Of a stretch of DNA of 64,000 nucleotides, positions 46,311 to 56,145 are shown piece by piece. Made by a program: the position numbers and the translations under genes. The notes below the pieces were generated by a model, which saw only the letters and a program-made list of their open reading frames with translations, was not told the DNA's origin and made no database searches. This DNA comes from Chloroflexota bacterium (GTDB taxonomy: Bacteria; Chloroflexota; UBA6077; FW602-bin22; JACPRP01): NCBI GenBank assembly GCA_023480885.1, contig JAMCWX010000072.1, forward strand, positions 10,628 through 74,627, given 5' to 3'. Position 1 is the stretch's first letter. Every line of letters starts with the position of its first letter.

Positions 46311-47943
46311 CGTGTATCTGAAAACCCTGCGTGATTTCCGCGTCGGCATCTTGGGGTGGGGCCTCGGTGTAGGCTTGCTGATGGTCGCGGTACTGTCCGC
46401 TTTCCCCTCTCTGGTGGAGACACCGGAGGCCCGAGACGCTCTCGTCGGCCTGGCCGGCTCCTTCTCGTGGATTGCCGAGCCAGTAGCGATTGATACGCCG
46501 GGCGGCTACGCGACCTTTAAGTACGGGTTCACGATCTTGGTGATTGTCCTCTGGCCGCTGCTAGTCGGGAGCCGGATGCTGCGCGGCGAGGAGGAGAGCG
46601 GGTCCCTGGATGCACTGCTCTCGCTGCCCCGTAGCCGGGCCCGGGTGGCGCTGGAAAAGCTGGCGGCGATGTGGACGGCGCTGCTGGCGATGGGCCTGCT
46701 GATCGGACTACTGGCGTTTGCGGGCGGCAGCAGCGCGGGCGCTGACTTTGGCCTGGGCGGCGGATTGCTCTTCGGCCTGAATCTCGCGCTGATCGCCGGG
46801 ATGTTTGGGGCCGTTGCCCTGCTGCTCTCGCAGTTCACCCAGGCTAGCGCAGCGGCAGGCGCGACGGGCGGCTTGTTGCTGCTCTCTATCGTGGTGGACA
46901 TGGTCCATCGGGTTGTCTCCAACACCGAGTGGCTGTCACGCCTATCACCGGTTTACTACTACAACCTGAGCAAACCCTTGGTGACAAGTTACGGCTACAA
47001 TTCAGGTGCCATGCTAGTCCTCCTCGGCGTCGGCATTCTATTGAGCGCCTGGGCGCTGGTCCTCTTCGTTCGGCGCGACGTCGGTGGGACAGCGGCGATC
47101 CCTGCCTGGCTGCGTTTGCCCCAGCGAGCAGTGAGGCCCGGGGAGGCATTGCCGGTGAACGCCTGGTCGCTGCGCTCGATCTACACGCGCAGTCTGGCAA
47201 CGATTGCGATGCCCACGTTCTGGTGGACGCTGATCATCGCCGGATTTGCCGGATGGATGGTTATCATCGTCAAGCAAACTGAGGAGAAACTGGCTGTGCT
47301 TAGGGAAGGCTCGCCGCTCCTATCGGAAGTGATCGCCAAAGTTGGCGGGGGCGATGCGACGACCAATGCCTCCCTGCTGAGCTTCCTGTTTGTCTTTCTG
47401 CCGCTGTTGTTGATGGCCTTTGCCGTCACTCAGGCCAGTCGGTGGGCTGCCGATGAGGAGAATGGCCGGCAAGAGCTGGTGCTGGCTACCCCGCAGCCGC
47501 GCTCCACCGTGATTCTAGCCCGCTTTGGCGCGCTGGCCACGTCAATGGTGGTGGTCGGCGCCACGACCCTGGCCGCCACGGCGCTGAGTTCAGCGGTTAC
47601 CGGCCTAAAGCTCGACCAGGGGAACCTGGCGGCGGCGGCGCTGGGCATGATTCCGCTGGGGCTGTTGGTAGGTGCTCTCGGCTATCTCTTCTCAGGGTGG
47701 CTGCGCACAGCCGTGGACACGGGACTCCTGAGCTTCTTGCTGTTGATCTGGTTCTTCATCAGCTTTATTGGACCGGAGTTGAACTGGCCTGATGGGGCGT
47801 TGCGACTCTCCGCGTTCTATTACTATGGCACGCCGTTGCTGAATGGCTTACCGCTGCTTAGCACGCTAGGCACACTGGCCGTCACAGCGGTGGCGCTGGC
47901 GCTCGCCTCAGTGCGCTTTGCGCGCAAGGACATTGGGCGATAG
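46297..47943 (+). CDS. ABC-2 exporter permease, internally duplicated (about 12 TM)
   Basis: Two halves: GEEESGSLDALLSLP/DEENGRQELVLATP, SPVYYY/SAFYYY, FVRRDV/FARKDI. Confidence 0.88.
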   Translation: MWFTSVYLKTLRDFRVGILGWGLGVGLLMVAVLSAFPSLVETPEARDALVGLAGSFSWIAEPVAIDTPGGYATFKYGFTILVIVLWPLLVGSRMLRGEEESGSLDALLSLPRSRARVALEKLAAMWTALLAMGLLIGLLAFAGGSSAGADFGLGGGLLFGLNLALIAGMFGAVALLLSQFTQASAAAGATGGLLLLSIVVDMVHRVVSNTEWLSRLSPVYYYNLSKPLVTSYGYNSGAMLVLLGVGILLSAWALVLFVRRDVGGTAAIPAWLRLPQRAVRPGEALPVNAWSLRSIYTRSLATIAMPTFWWTLIIAGFAGWMVIIVKQTEEKLAVLREGSPLLSEVIAKVGGGDATTNASLLSFLFVFLPLLLMAFAVTQASRWAADEENGRQELVLATPQPRSTVILARFGALATSMVVVGATTLAATALSSAVTGLKLDQGNLAAAALGMIPLGLLVGALGYLFSGWLRTAVDTGLLSFLLLIWFFISFIGPELNWPDGALRLSAFYYYGTPLLNGLPLLSTLGTLAVTAVALALASVRFARKDIGR

Positions 47944-48168
47944 ATGGAGAGCAACTTCCGCTCTTCGATGCGCAAGCCATTCAGTTCGTGCTTAAGATGG
48001 CCCGAGAGGTGAGTACCTCTCGTTTGGCCCGATTTGTGCTATTCGGTAGACACACAGGTTATCATCCTTTGGAGGGTGACGTGCCTGATTCTACAACGAT
48101 GGATTATTAAATGGACAGTCATTCATGATTCATCCCGTTGTAGTAATAACAGAAACGGGGGTACAGCA

Positions 48169-49011
48169 ATGTCGAGACTCTGGTTATCCATCGCCGGATT
48201 TGCGTTAGTCTTCGCCGGGCTGCTCCAGACTGCGGCGGCGGCGCCGGATGTGCAGGGTAGCTGCCAGTTCGTGCTCGGTTTCAAGACGCTCCATGACCTG
48301 ATACCGAACGTTGTCGGCAATTGCCTCACCGACGTGCAGTACGCGGCGAACGGAGACGCGCTTCAAACAACTACTAACGGCCTGATGGTCTGGCGTAAGG
48401 CAGACAACTACACCGCGTTTACCGACGGCTACCGGACCTGGGTCAATGGCCCACTGGGTCTGCAAGAGCGGTTGAACACGCAGCGATTTGCCTGGGAGAA
48501 GGCCGCCACCGTCGACAAAACCCAGGTTATCGAGTTCGTTCCGCCACAAACGACGGCCAAGCAGGCCTCCGGCGAGTGCTTCGCTTCGTCTGCGGCCGCC
48601 ACGCGCTCCGATGCCTGGCGCTGCATGGTCGGCAACAGCATCTACGACCCGTGCTTCGGCTCGCAGGGCAGCTCTGAGGTGGTCTGCGTCGACAATCCAC
48701 TTGACAGTAACACCTACGTCACGCTAAACCTGACGAAGCCGCTGCCGGCCCCATCGCCAGTCACGGAAACGCACCCGTGGTTCCTCCAGCTTGCCGACGG
48801 TACCGTCTGCGGATTCCTTACCGGTGCGACTGGCGGTGTTGATGGCGAGCGGATCAACTACGGCTGCTCCGATGGTTGGGTAGTCGTCGGCTTGCCTCAA
48901 AAAGACACGGTTTGGACCGTTCACGAGGTGCTCCTCGGACCACTTTCAGAAAGCGGTGTTCCTGAGGTCAAGGAGTCAGCCATAGCCAATATAGCAATCG
49001 CCTGGGAGTAG
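48169..49011 (+). CDS. Secreted hypothetical protein: Chloroflexota-type N-terminal domain plus Cys-rich C-terminal domain
   Basis: Signal peptide; CQFVLGF...QTTTNGLMVWRKADN...FTDGYRTW; DAWRC...YDPCF...C. Confidence 0.75.
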   Translation: MSRLWLSIAGFALVFAGLLQTAAAAPDVQGSCQFVLGFKTLHDLIPNVVGNCLTDVQYAANGDALQTTTNGLMVWRKADNYTAFTDGYRTWVNGPLGLQERLNTQRFAWEKAATVDKTQVIEFVPPQTTAKQASGECFASSAAATRSDAWRCMVGNSIYDPCFGSQGSSEVVCVDNPLDSNTYVTLNLTKPLPAPSPVTETHPWFLQLADGTVCGFLTGATGGVDGERINYGCSDGWVVVGLPQKDTVWTVHEVLLGPLSESGVPEVKESAIANIAIAWE

Positions 49012-49127
49012 TGAGTCCGCACGTAGATTTCGTAGGAATAGAAAGGGGTCATGCCAAACGTGGACTGGGATATGCTTAGCATCTGAGCTATAATACTTAG
49101 CAAACACATTTTGGAGGATTCATAACG

Positions 49128-49367
49128 GTGGCTGCCAGGGTCAAGGTAAGCCAGAAGTATCGAGTGTCGGTTCCATCGGCAGCAAGGAAGAAGCTGCATA
49201 TCGAAAAGGGTGATCATCTGCTGGTCGATGTCCGCGATGGCTACATTGTGCTGATGCGTGAACCGCAGGATTATAGCCGGCACCTGCGTGGTCTGCATCG
49301 ACAAATATGGGAGAACGTGGAGCCGCAAGAATACGTGCGCAAAGAGCGTGAGGATTGGCAGGGATAG
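49128..49367 (+). CDS. AbrB/MazE-family antitoxin
   Basis: VSQKYRVSVPSAARKKLHIEKGD...YVRKEREDW. Confidence 0.88.
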   Translation: MAARVKVSQKYRVSVPSAARKKLHIEKGDHLLVDVRDGYIVLMREPQDYSRHLRGLHRQIWENVEPQEYVRKEREDWQG

Positions 49368-49807
49368 CAGCGCTCTTAAAGGGACATCGGGTGGTCGGGT
49401 TGGATACTTCAGCGTTCATTTACCATCTTGAAGGCGCGTCGCCATACGCGGAGTGTACCAGCTCAGTGTTCGACGAGTTGGCTTGCGGCTCGTTTCGGGG
49501 TGTGACATCGGTTCTCACGCTTATGGAGCTATCAGTGAAACCGCTGCAGATGGGGCGATCAGACGTGGCCGACGAATATGAGGTGCTCTTAGTGAACTTC
49601 CCCAACCTGTTAATCGTCGATCTCAATAGGGATACGGTACGTAGCGCGGCTGAACTCAGGGCCAACTATCGACTGTGGCCAGCCGATGCCCTTCAGATAG
49701 CAGCTTGCCCTGAAGCCGGCGCCACGGCGTTCTTGACGAATGACCGTGTCCTCAGACGAGTGGCGGAGTTGGAAGTTGTGCTCTTGGAGGATTTGTTACT
49801 ACGCTGA
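49355..49807 (+). CDS. PIN-domain (VapC-like) toxin
   Basis: LDTSAFIY, LME, DALQIA, FLTND. Confidence 0.88.
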   Translation: MAGIAALLKGHRVVGLDTSAFIYHLEGASPYAECTSSVFDELACGSFRGVTSVLTLMELSVKPLQMGRSDVADEYEVLLVNFPNLLIVDLNRDTVRSAAELRANYRLWPADALQIAACPEAGATAFLTNDRVLRRVAELEVVLLEDLLLR

Positions 49808-49890
49808 TCACGATGCCGCTGTGTAAGCCAAACATGCCTGTGCGATGCGCGCTCGGCAGGCCTCTCGGTTGCGGAGCGGTCGCGCGTGCG

Positions 49891-50100
49891 CTAAACCCCC
49901 TTTAGCTGACCAGTTCTGTTGCCGCCTTCCTGAATTCCTAACTCGCTTTGCACCAAATCCCCAACTTGCTGGTGACAATCTTTCCAGGCTTCCCAAACAG
50001 AAACACACCACTTGTGGATCATTTCGTCTCTCTTTTGACCTGGAGGCGTCGACAAGACATCGGAGACGGTAGTATCAGCTCTATCCTCTGGTGCTACGAT
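49891..50100 (-). pseudogene. 3' remnant of a hypothetical-protein gene, DUF5946-like from recall
   Basis: TVSDVLSTPPGQKRDEMIHKWCVSVWEAWKDCHQQV, preceded by an in-frame stop. Confidence 0.45.
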
Positions 50101-50328
50101 ATATTAATGGATAAACGAAGGGGCGAGTTGAGAAAGGGTATAATACGAAAGTTCGTGGTATGCTTCTTGGGTCGAAACATCGGACAGGCAACGGAAGCCT
50201 GCGCTCGGTCAAGCATCACTTCTTTCAGTCCGCACAAAAGCGCTCTCGTTGCAAGCCGCTTCCCAGTATGCTAAACTTGATGCCGTCTGACTGCTAATCT
50301 TAATGCCTTGTTCGTGGAGGACGTGGGG

Positions 50329-51846
50329 ATGCTTGCCAAGACTCTTACCTGCGCCGTGGTCGGGCTGGAAGGCGCCATCGTCGAGGTTGAGGTCGATATC
50401 TCCCTGGGACTCCCCGCGATGAACATCGTCGGGCTTCCCGATACAGCTGTGCAGGAGGCGCGGGAGCGCGTCAGGGCCGCGATCAAGAACTCTGGCTGCT
50501 TCTTTCCGCAGAAGCGCATCACCGTCAACCTCGCGCCGGCTGATCTCAAGAAAGAGGGACCCGCCTACGACCTGCCGATAGCCGTTGGCACATTGCTGGC
50601 CTCCGAGCAGATTCCCCCGGTCGATCCCGATCACCTTTTTCTGGGCGAGCTTTCCCTGGATGGCAGCTTGCGTCATACGAATGGGATTCTGCCGATGGTG
50701 TCCCTTGCTAGGGACAGGAATATGCGCGTCGTCTTCGTCCCGTCATTTGACGCTCCTGAGGCGGCTATCGTGGAAGGACTGGAGATAATCCCCGTCGGCT
50801 CGCTGGCGGAGTTGGTGAACCACTTGCGCGGGCATCGCCAGATACCTGTTTTCGCGAAAAACGGCCTTTACGACGTGCAGGATTACCCGTCAGGCCCCGA
50901 CATGGTCCACGTGCGCGGCCAGGAGCACGTGAAGCGGGCGCTGGAGGTGGCCGCGGCCGGGGGCCATAACGTTTTGATGAGCGGGCCCCCTGGCGCGGGC
51001 AAGACGCTGATGGCTCGTTCGATGCCCTCTATTCTACCGCGTATGACGAACGAGGAGTCCCTCGAAGTCACGAAGATTTACAGCGTCAGCGGCATGTTGC
51101 CGAGTGAGACTCCCCTGATAGTTCAGCGGCCGTTTCGTGCGCCGCACCACACGATCAGCCACGCCGGGCTGGTGGGCGGAGGACGCTGGCCGCGGCCAGG
51201 CGAGATCACGCTGGCGCACCGTGGTGTGCTCTTCCTGGACGAGCTGCCAGAGTTCGGCCAGCACGTGCTGGAAGTGATGCGCCAGCCCATCGAGGACGGC
51301 ATAGTCACGATCAGCCGGGCGCAAGGCTCCGTCACCTTTCCAGCCAAGTTCGCGCTGGTCGCCGCGATGAATCCGTGCCCCTGCGGCTATTATGGCGACA
51401 GTGTAAAGGAATGCACCTGCTCCGATGTGATGATTTCCCGCTACCAGAAGCGCATCTCAGGTCCGCTGCTGGATCGCATCGACATCCACGTCGAGGTACC
51501 GCGAGTGCAGTACGAGAAGTTGTCTGACGACAGAGTAGGCGAGACCTCGGCGCAAATACGCGCCAGGGTGGAGGCAGCGCGGGAGCGCCAGCGGCGGCGC
51601 TTTGTCGGAACGAAGCTGACGTGCAACGCGGAGATGGGACCTGGCGAGGTGCGTGGGTATTGTCAGGTCGATGCCGTGGCCCAGGGGCTGATGAAGGCCG
51701 CGATGATCCAGTTGCACCTGTCGGCGCGTGGGTTCCATCGCGTCCTGAAGCTGGCACGGACGATAGCGGACCTGGCCGGCGCCGACGTCATCGGCGCGGC
51801 TCACGTGGCCGAGGCGGTGCAGTATCGGCCGCGGGGGAGAGGATGA
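50329..51846 (+). CDS. comM: YifB/ComM Mg-chelatase-like AAA+ ATPase
   Basis: VGLPD, NLAPADLKKEG, GPPGAGKT, RPFRAPHH, FLDELPEF, MNPCPCG, GPLLDRID. Confidence 0.93.
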   Translation: MLAKTLTCAVVGLEGAIVEVEVDISLGLPAMNIVGLPDTAVQEARERVRAAIKNSGCFFPQKRITVNLAPADLKKEGPAYDLPIAVGTLLASEQIPPVDPDHLFLGELSLDGSLRHTNGILPMVSLARDRNMRVVFVPSFDAPEAAIVEGLEIIPVGSLAELVNHLRGHRQIPVFAKNGLYDVQDYPSGPDMVHVRGQEHVKRALEVAAAGGHNVLMSGPPGAGKTLMARSMPSILPRMTNEESLEVTKIYSVSGMLPSETPLIVQRPFRAPHHTISHAGLVGGGRWPRPGEITLAHRGVLFLDELPEFGQHVLEVMRQPIEDGIVTISRAQGSVTFPAKFALVAAMNPCPCGYYGDSVKECTCSDVMISRYQKRISGPLLDRIDIHVEVPRVQYEKLSDDRVGETSAQIRARVEAARERQRRRFVGTKLTCNAEMGPGEVRGYCQVDAVAQGLMKAAMIQLHLSARGFHRVLKLARTIADLAGADVIGAAHVAEAVQYRPRGRG

Positions 51847-51906
51847 AAGGTGATTTAATTGAGGCGAATGCTTTGTATTTCAAGGATTGTACTCGGGAGG
51901 GATTGT

Positions 51907-52727
51907 TCACAGATGGTTGGGACTCGTCGGCGCAAGGGTGGCGTTAAACGTAGTCGTCCTGCCGTCGGTGGCAAAGAGCGTGATCGTCGCGTTTACCTGG
52001 GAAGTATTTGTGTTCTCCAGCAATAGGAACGTATCTGCTCGTAGACCTCTGAATGAGGTGCGCCCTTCGGAGAAGAACCAGTCTTGAGACGGCGCGTTGA
52101 CGCCGCTGTTAACCGTTGCGGCGTTGCCGGGGAAGCGGTACATAGCTCTTTCGGCGATGATTGGCTGGTTGCTGTCCACGCGGCTGGAGAAAGCAGCGTT
52201 CGGCAACACCTGATTCACGAAGATGCTGGTGCGCGAGTTGGGTGGCAGAGTCAAGCTTTGAGTCGGGGTCTGTCCGCTTTCCAACAGATAAGTGATGGTG
52301 GTCGTAGCCGGCACGTTGTTAGGGTTCTGGAGTAGCAGCCAGGTGTGAAAAGGTGGGGTGGTGGCGCCCTCGGCGAAGAGCCACGTCTTGTTGGTCGCTG
52401 GAATGCCAGTTACTACGTCGCCATCGTAGCTCACGTACATCGCGCGCTCGGCGAAGACGGCGACGTTGCTGTCGATGCGCGTGCTGAAAGCCTGGTTCGG
52501 CAGGGCTTGATTAGCGAAGAGGCTGAAGCGCGAGGTTGGGACGACGGCGTAGTTCTGAACCACTGTTCCTGTCGGTTGCAGGAAGAAAGTGAACGTCACA
52601 CTGGCGGTTTGGCCAGTCCTATGGTAGCGATGACGGTCTGAGCGTCCGACGTCGTGCTAGTCTGAAGAATTATGGTCAACGCGAGAAGCGCCGAAAAAAT
52701 CACGTGTACGATAGCGCGGCTGATCAT
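51907..52727 (-). pseudogene. Fragmented secreted protein with DUF5719-like repeats
   Basis: Signal peptide in one frame joined out of frame to repeats WLFAEG/LLLQNP/AERAMY; third repeat truncated. Confidence 0.6.
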
Positions 52728-53030
52728 TTGGGTTGCCTCCTTTGTTGGCTTGCCAGTCCAGGAGCCCAACTTGTGGCTACGAAGCAAAAGTGCAGTAATA
52801 TCTATACCACTGCCTTAGCGCTCCCTTGCCAGTACCAACTCCCTCACTCCCTGCGTCGACCGCTCTGCGCAGTTAGTGGAACAACTCTTGCAGTGGAATT
52901 TGCAGGTCGACGCGGGTGGTGAAGGACGAATGAAGGGCCAGCGCCTTTTCAGTTTACGGTTCCGCCCTGGCAGTTCACCTTGGAAGCCCGCGAACGCGCG
53001 TAAACGAAAACGCTGTAGGAGAGTGTACAT

Positions 53031-53570
53031 ATGCAGTATCCGACCACAACTCCCGGTACGGAATGGTGGCTCCTGTCCTTTGGCGGGGTCGTTTCCATAC
53101 TTTTTGGCCTGGCTCTGCTCTTCTGGCCGGGAATCAGTCTGATCGTTCTAATCTGGGTGTTTGGAATCTACGCGATCATCTATGGCATCGTGCGACTGGT
53201 TGGCATGTTCAGGGAAATTGGCGCGAATGTTACCTGGTGGCCATCGCTGCTGATCGGGGTAGTAAGCGTCTTTGCCGGAATAGCCGTTTTCGCGTGGCCT
53301 CTTATCACGTTGTTGGTAGTGATTTTCATCATTGCGGTCTGGGCAATTGCTTTAGGTATCGTTGAGATCGTGGGTGGCCTGGGCAAAGGCCAGTGGCTTC
53401 TGGCAATCGCAGGCGTAGTTTCGATCATGCTTGGATTCATCCTGCTGGCGAATCCAGTGTTGGGGGTAGACATAGTCGTTAGAGTTATCGGCGCTTTTGC
53501 CATAGTTAGCGGCATCTTGCAGATCATCGAAGGCACGCGAATACCTACGGTTACTGGCACACCTACATAG
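53031..53570 (+). CDS. HdeD/DUF308-family membrane protein
   Basis: Repeated G..SI..G...L.(W/N)P helices, about 6 TM. Confidence 0.85.
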   Translation: MQYPTTTPGTEWWLLSFGGVVSILFGLALLFWPGISLIVLIWVFGIYAIIYGIVRLVGMFREIGANVTWWPSLLIGVVSVFAGIAVFAWPLITLLVVIFIIAVWAIALGIVEIVGGLGKGQWLLAIAGVVSIMLGFILLANPVLGVDIVVRVIGAFAIVSGILQIIEGTRIPTVTGTPT

Positions 53571-53853
53571 CTGTAAACAACCGAGACAACTTAGTGTCTG
53601 GTGCCCCTCTGCAATCACAGCACGAGGGGCACTTTTCTCGATCCATCACGGAGCTATTCCCTTGCAATAGTCTCTCTGATTAGTGGGGCAACATCTCAGA
53701 GGGCCCGAAGCAATCAAAGCAAGGGGAGAATGCCAGAGCACCCTCCCCTTGAAATTCCAAAATCGCAACTCCAGCGGATCAGTCATCGTGCGCGACTATG
53801 AGCGAAATGTGAACTCGGGTCACCTCGATGTGCTGAGTGCTGACTCTACCGAG

Positions 53854-54363
53854 CTACGCAGCCTTCTTCATCTTGCCGACGATCAACGTCCTGCCAATCT
53901 CGCGAATGATTTCGTCGGTCTGCTCGACGAAGGCCACCTTGTCCTCGAGGTTGCGCTCCAGAAGCGTGGCGACTGGGAAATTGCCCATCAACTGCGCCAT
54001 ATTCTCCAGCGCAGCGTACTCCGCGATGTGCATTTCCTGGATCTGACGGACCTTATGAATGGTATAGAGGGCTTTTAGCGCGGGTGCCTGGATCTCGTTC
54101 AGTTCTTTGAGGAAGTCCTCCATCCATACGTCTTGAAAGCGCGAGCTGACTTTCATCGGCTGTTTGCCCAGAAGCCTGAAGCACTCTTCTATGTTGCTAA
54201 TTGCCTGCTTGGAAAGGTACACTCTCAGTTCGAGAGCCTCCTTGATGTCCTTGTCGTGGGCTGCTTTGCTCATCTCCTGCACCGTCCGCAACAAGTGGTT
54301 CTCGGAATTGTGCAGGTGGCTGAGGGTGTACAGGAACAGTTCCTCCGCTTTCTGAATTGTCAT
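53854..54363 (-). CDS. DUF892/YciF-like ferritin-fold protein
   Basis: AGGAGG RBS; EELF...L.....SE, IEECFRLLG, HIAEY, LERNLEDK. Confidence 0.72.
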   Translation of the reverse strand: MTIQKAEELFLYTLSHLHNSENHLLRTVQEMSKAAHDKDIKEALELRVYLSKQAISNIEECFRLLGKQPMKVSSRFQDVWMEDFLKELNEIQAPALKALYTIHKVRQIQEMHIAEYAALENMAQLMGNFPVATLLERNLEDKVAFVEQTDEIIREIGRTLIVGKMKKAA

Positions 54364-54668
54364 AGTCTCTATGTCCTCCTCACACAGGCTCAGACACGTT
54401 TGAAGCGTGTCGAGGAGAGTCCGCAAGTTGCATGCCACACAACTGAAAATCCTCGTTGGGGAGAAAACGACAACGAACCTAGTTGACAAACTGGCTTCGT
54501 AATGAGATAATCTGCCGCACTAAGCGTGTGGCTGCCTCCTAGTCATTTTGGTGCTCGGCATTTTGGCGAGTAGCATCGTCTGTTCGCCGTTGGACTTGAA
54601 TCTTGGAATATTCGCGTTACCAGACGTGCAACGGTAGTTGCATTTGTTGGAAGCAGGGAGGAAGAGTA

Positions 54669-55025
54669 GTGATCGAATGCAACTCCTGCGACGCCTCGGT
54701 CCCCAAGGGCAGCAAGTTCTGCCCCTCGTGCGGCAATAGGCTTGACCATGAAATGCCCGCAACGTGCAGCAAATGCGGACAGTACGTCAACCAAGGGCAG
54801 AAGCTCTGTGAATCGTGCGGGGCTCCAGTTGCGCCAATAGCCGCAGTTGGTGGTTCCGTTCAAAATGATTCCGTCGACGGGCCAACGCAGACTGTCGACG
54901 ACGACGCTCGGGTGGGATTCAGTTTGAGCAAGCCGACCAATGGCTGGCCTGTGGGCCAGTACAAAGCCGTGGTCTTCTTGAACGGCAAGGAGGTCGGTAA
55001 CATGGGCTTCTCAGTTCAGCCCTAA
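54669..55025 (+). CDS. Double zinc-ribbon protein with a partial Ig-like C-terminus, possibly internally deleted
   Basis: Four CxxC pairs, then FSLSKPTNGWPVGQYK. Confidence 0.65.
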   Translation: MIECNSCDASVPKGSKFCPSCGNRLDHEMPATCSKCGQYVNQGQKLCESCGAPVAPIAAVGGSVQNDSVDGPTQTVDDDARVGFSLSKPTNGWPVGQYKAVVFLNGKEVGNMGFSVQP

Positions 55026-55052
55026 CCATTATCAATTTGTTGGAGGTGTACG

Positions 55053-55808
55053 ATGAAATGCGCCAGTTGCGGTGCAGAAGTGGGCGCGGGACAAAAATTC
55101 TGCGCTAGCTGCGGGAGTCCTGTGGTTACCAAGCGCTATTGCGCTAGTTGTGGTTCTGAGGTCCCGTCAGGCAGTTCGTTTTGCGCCAATTGCGGAGCGC
55201 CACAGGGATCCAGTATACCGGCAGCCAGTGTGTCGAATCCTCAGCCGAACCTTCAGCCAGTAACGCTAATGTCTGATGGCCCAGCGGTGGATGCGTCGGC
55301 TCCACCAACGCCGCGGCCGACCTATCAGCCTGCACCCGCGCCGGCCATTCCGCCAGCCGTCGCTCCTGCGGTGGAATACAAAGGCATCGGGCTCCGTATC
55401 GTGGCCACCATAATCGATACGATCATCTACTTCATTTTTTCATGGGTGGTGGCGGCCCAGACTGGCAATACCACCAGCGCCGGATTCGAGATGACAGGGG
55501 CCCCTGCCTTCTTGACATTCGCCGTGTGGCTCCTGTACTACATCCTGCTGGAAGGCTTCGTGGGTGGCACTGTCGGCAAGCTGGTCTTGGGTATGCGTAT
55601 TGTAAACGATCGGGGCAAGGCGCCGGGCATCGTCGCGGCAATCGTTCGCAACTTGCTGCGTATCGTCGATTTCCTACCATTTGCCTACATATTGGGCATG
55701 GTTTTGATCGCCACCTCGAAAAAGAAGCAGCGGCTGGGCGACCGCGCCGCCGGAACTCTTGTAGTTGCCAGCAAGTCGGTTAAGGCTATGAAATCTGCCG
55801 CCGCGTGA
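55053..55808 (+). CDS. Double zinc-ribbon plus RDD-family membrane protein
   Basis: Four CxxC, Pro-rich linker, RIVATIID, TVGKLVLG, RN..R.VD, QRLGD..AGT.VV. Confidence 0.88.
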   Translation: MKCASCGAEVGAGQKFCASCGSPVVTKRYCASCGSEVPSGSSFCANCGAPQGSSIPAASVSNPQPNLQPVTLMSDGPAVDASAPPTPRPTYQPAPAPAIPPAVAPAVEYKGIGLRIVATIIDTIIYFIFSWVVAAQTGNTTSAGFEMTGAPAFLTFAVWLLYYILLEGFVGGTVGKLVLGMRIVNDRGKAPGIVAAIVRNLLRIVDFLPFAYILGMVLIATSKKKQRLGDRAAGTLVVASKSVKAMKSAAA

Positions 55809-55848
55809 CAGGTTGAGCCGCGAAACTGTAACTCTCCTTCTATGAAGA

Positions 55849-55893
55849 CGACTGTGGCACCGGGGGAGGACTTCCACTCTGGTGCCACTGTCG
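55849..55893. terminator. Strong hairpin downstream of the RDD gene, no U-tract
   Basis: CGACTGTGGCACCGG / CTGGTGCCACTGTCG, about 15 bp stem. Confidence 0.4.
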
Positions 55894-56145
55894 CGTGAAC
55901 AGTGAACCAATCCCGTACCACTCGCCCCGTTTAACTGTGTGGCGGCAAAGGCCGGTGATGTCGCGTCTTTCAGTCTGCTCGCCGGTTCCTCTTCTTGCTT
56001 CAAGGCTGCGTGTCGATCTCTGTAAGTTTTTCTGCTTCTTGTTCGTCTTAAGAATCAGAAACCTTAGACACTTCTGCTGGTTAGCAGCAGGCGCCTGGCA
56101 ACTGCTGAAGGACAAAATTTGCAAACGTGAGGTGATCTTGGGAAG

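Noticed and set aside
50329..51846. comM interrupted by an integrative element
   Set aside because: The gene is full length and there is no integrase nearby
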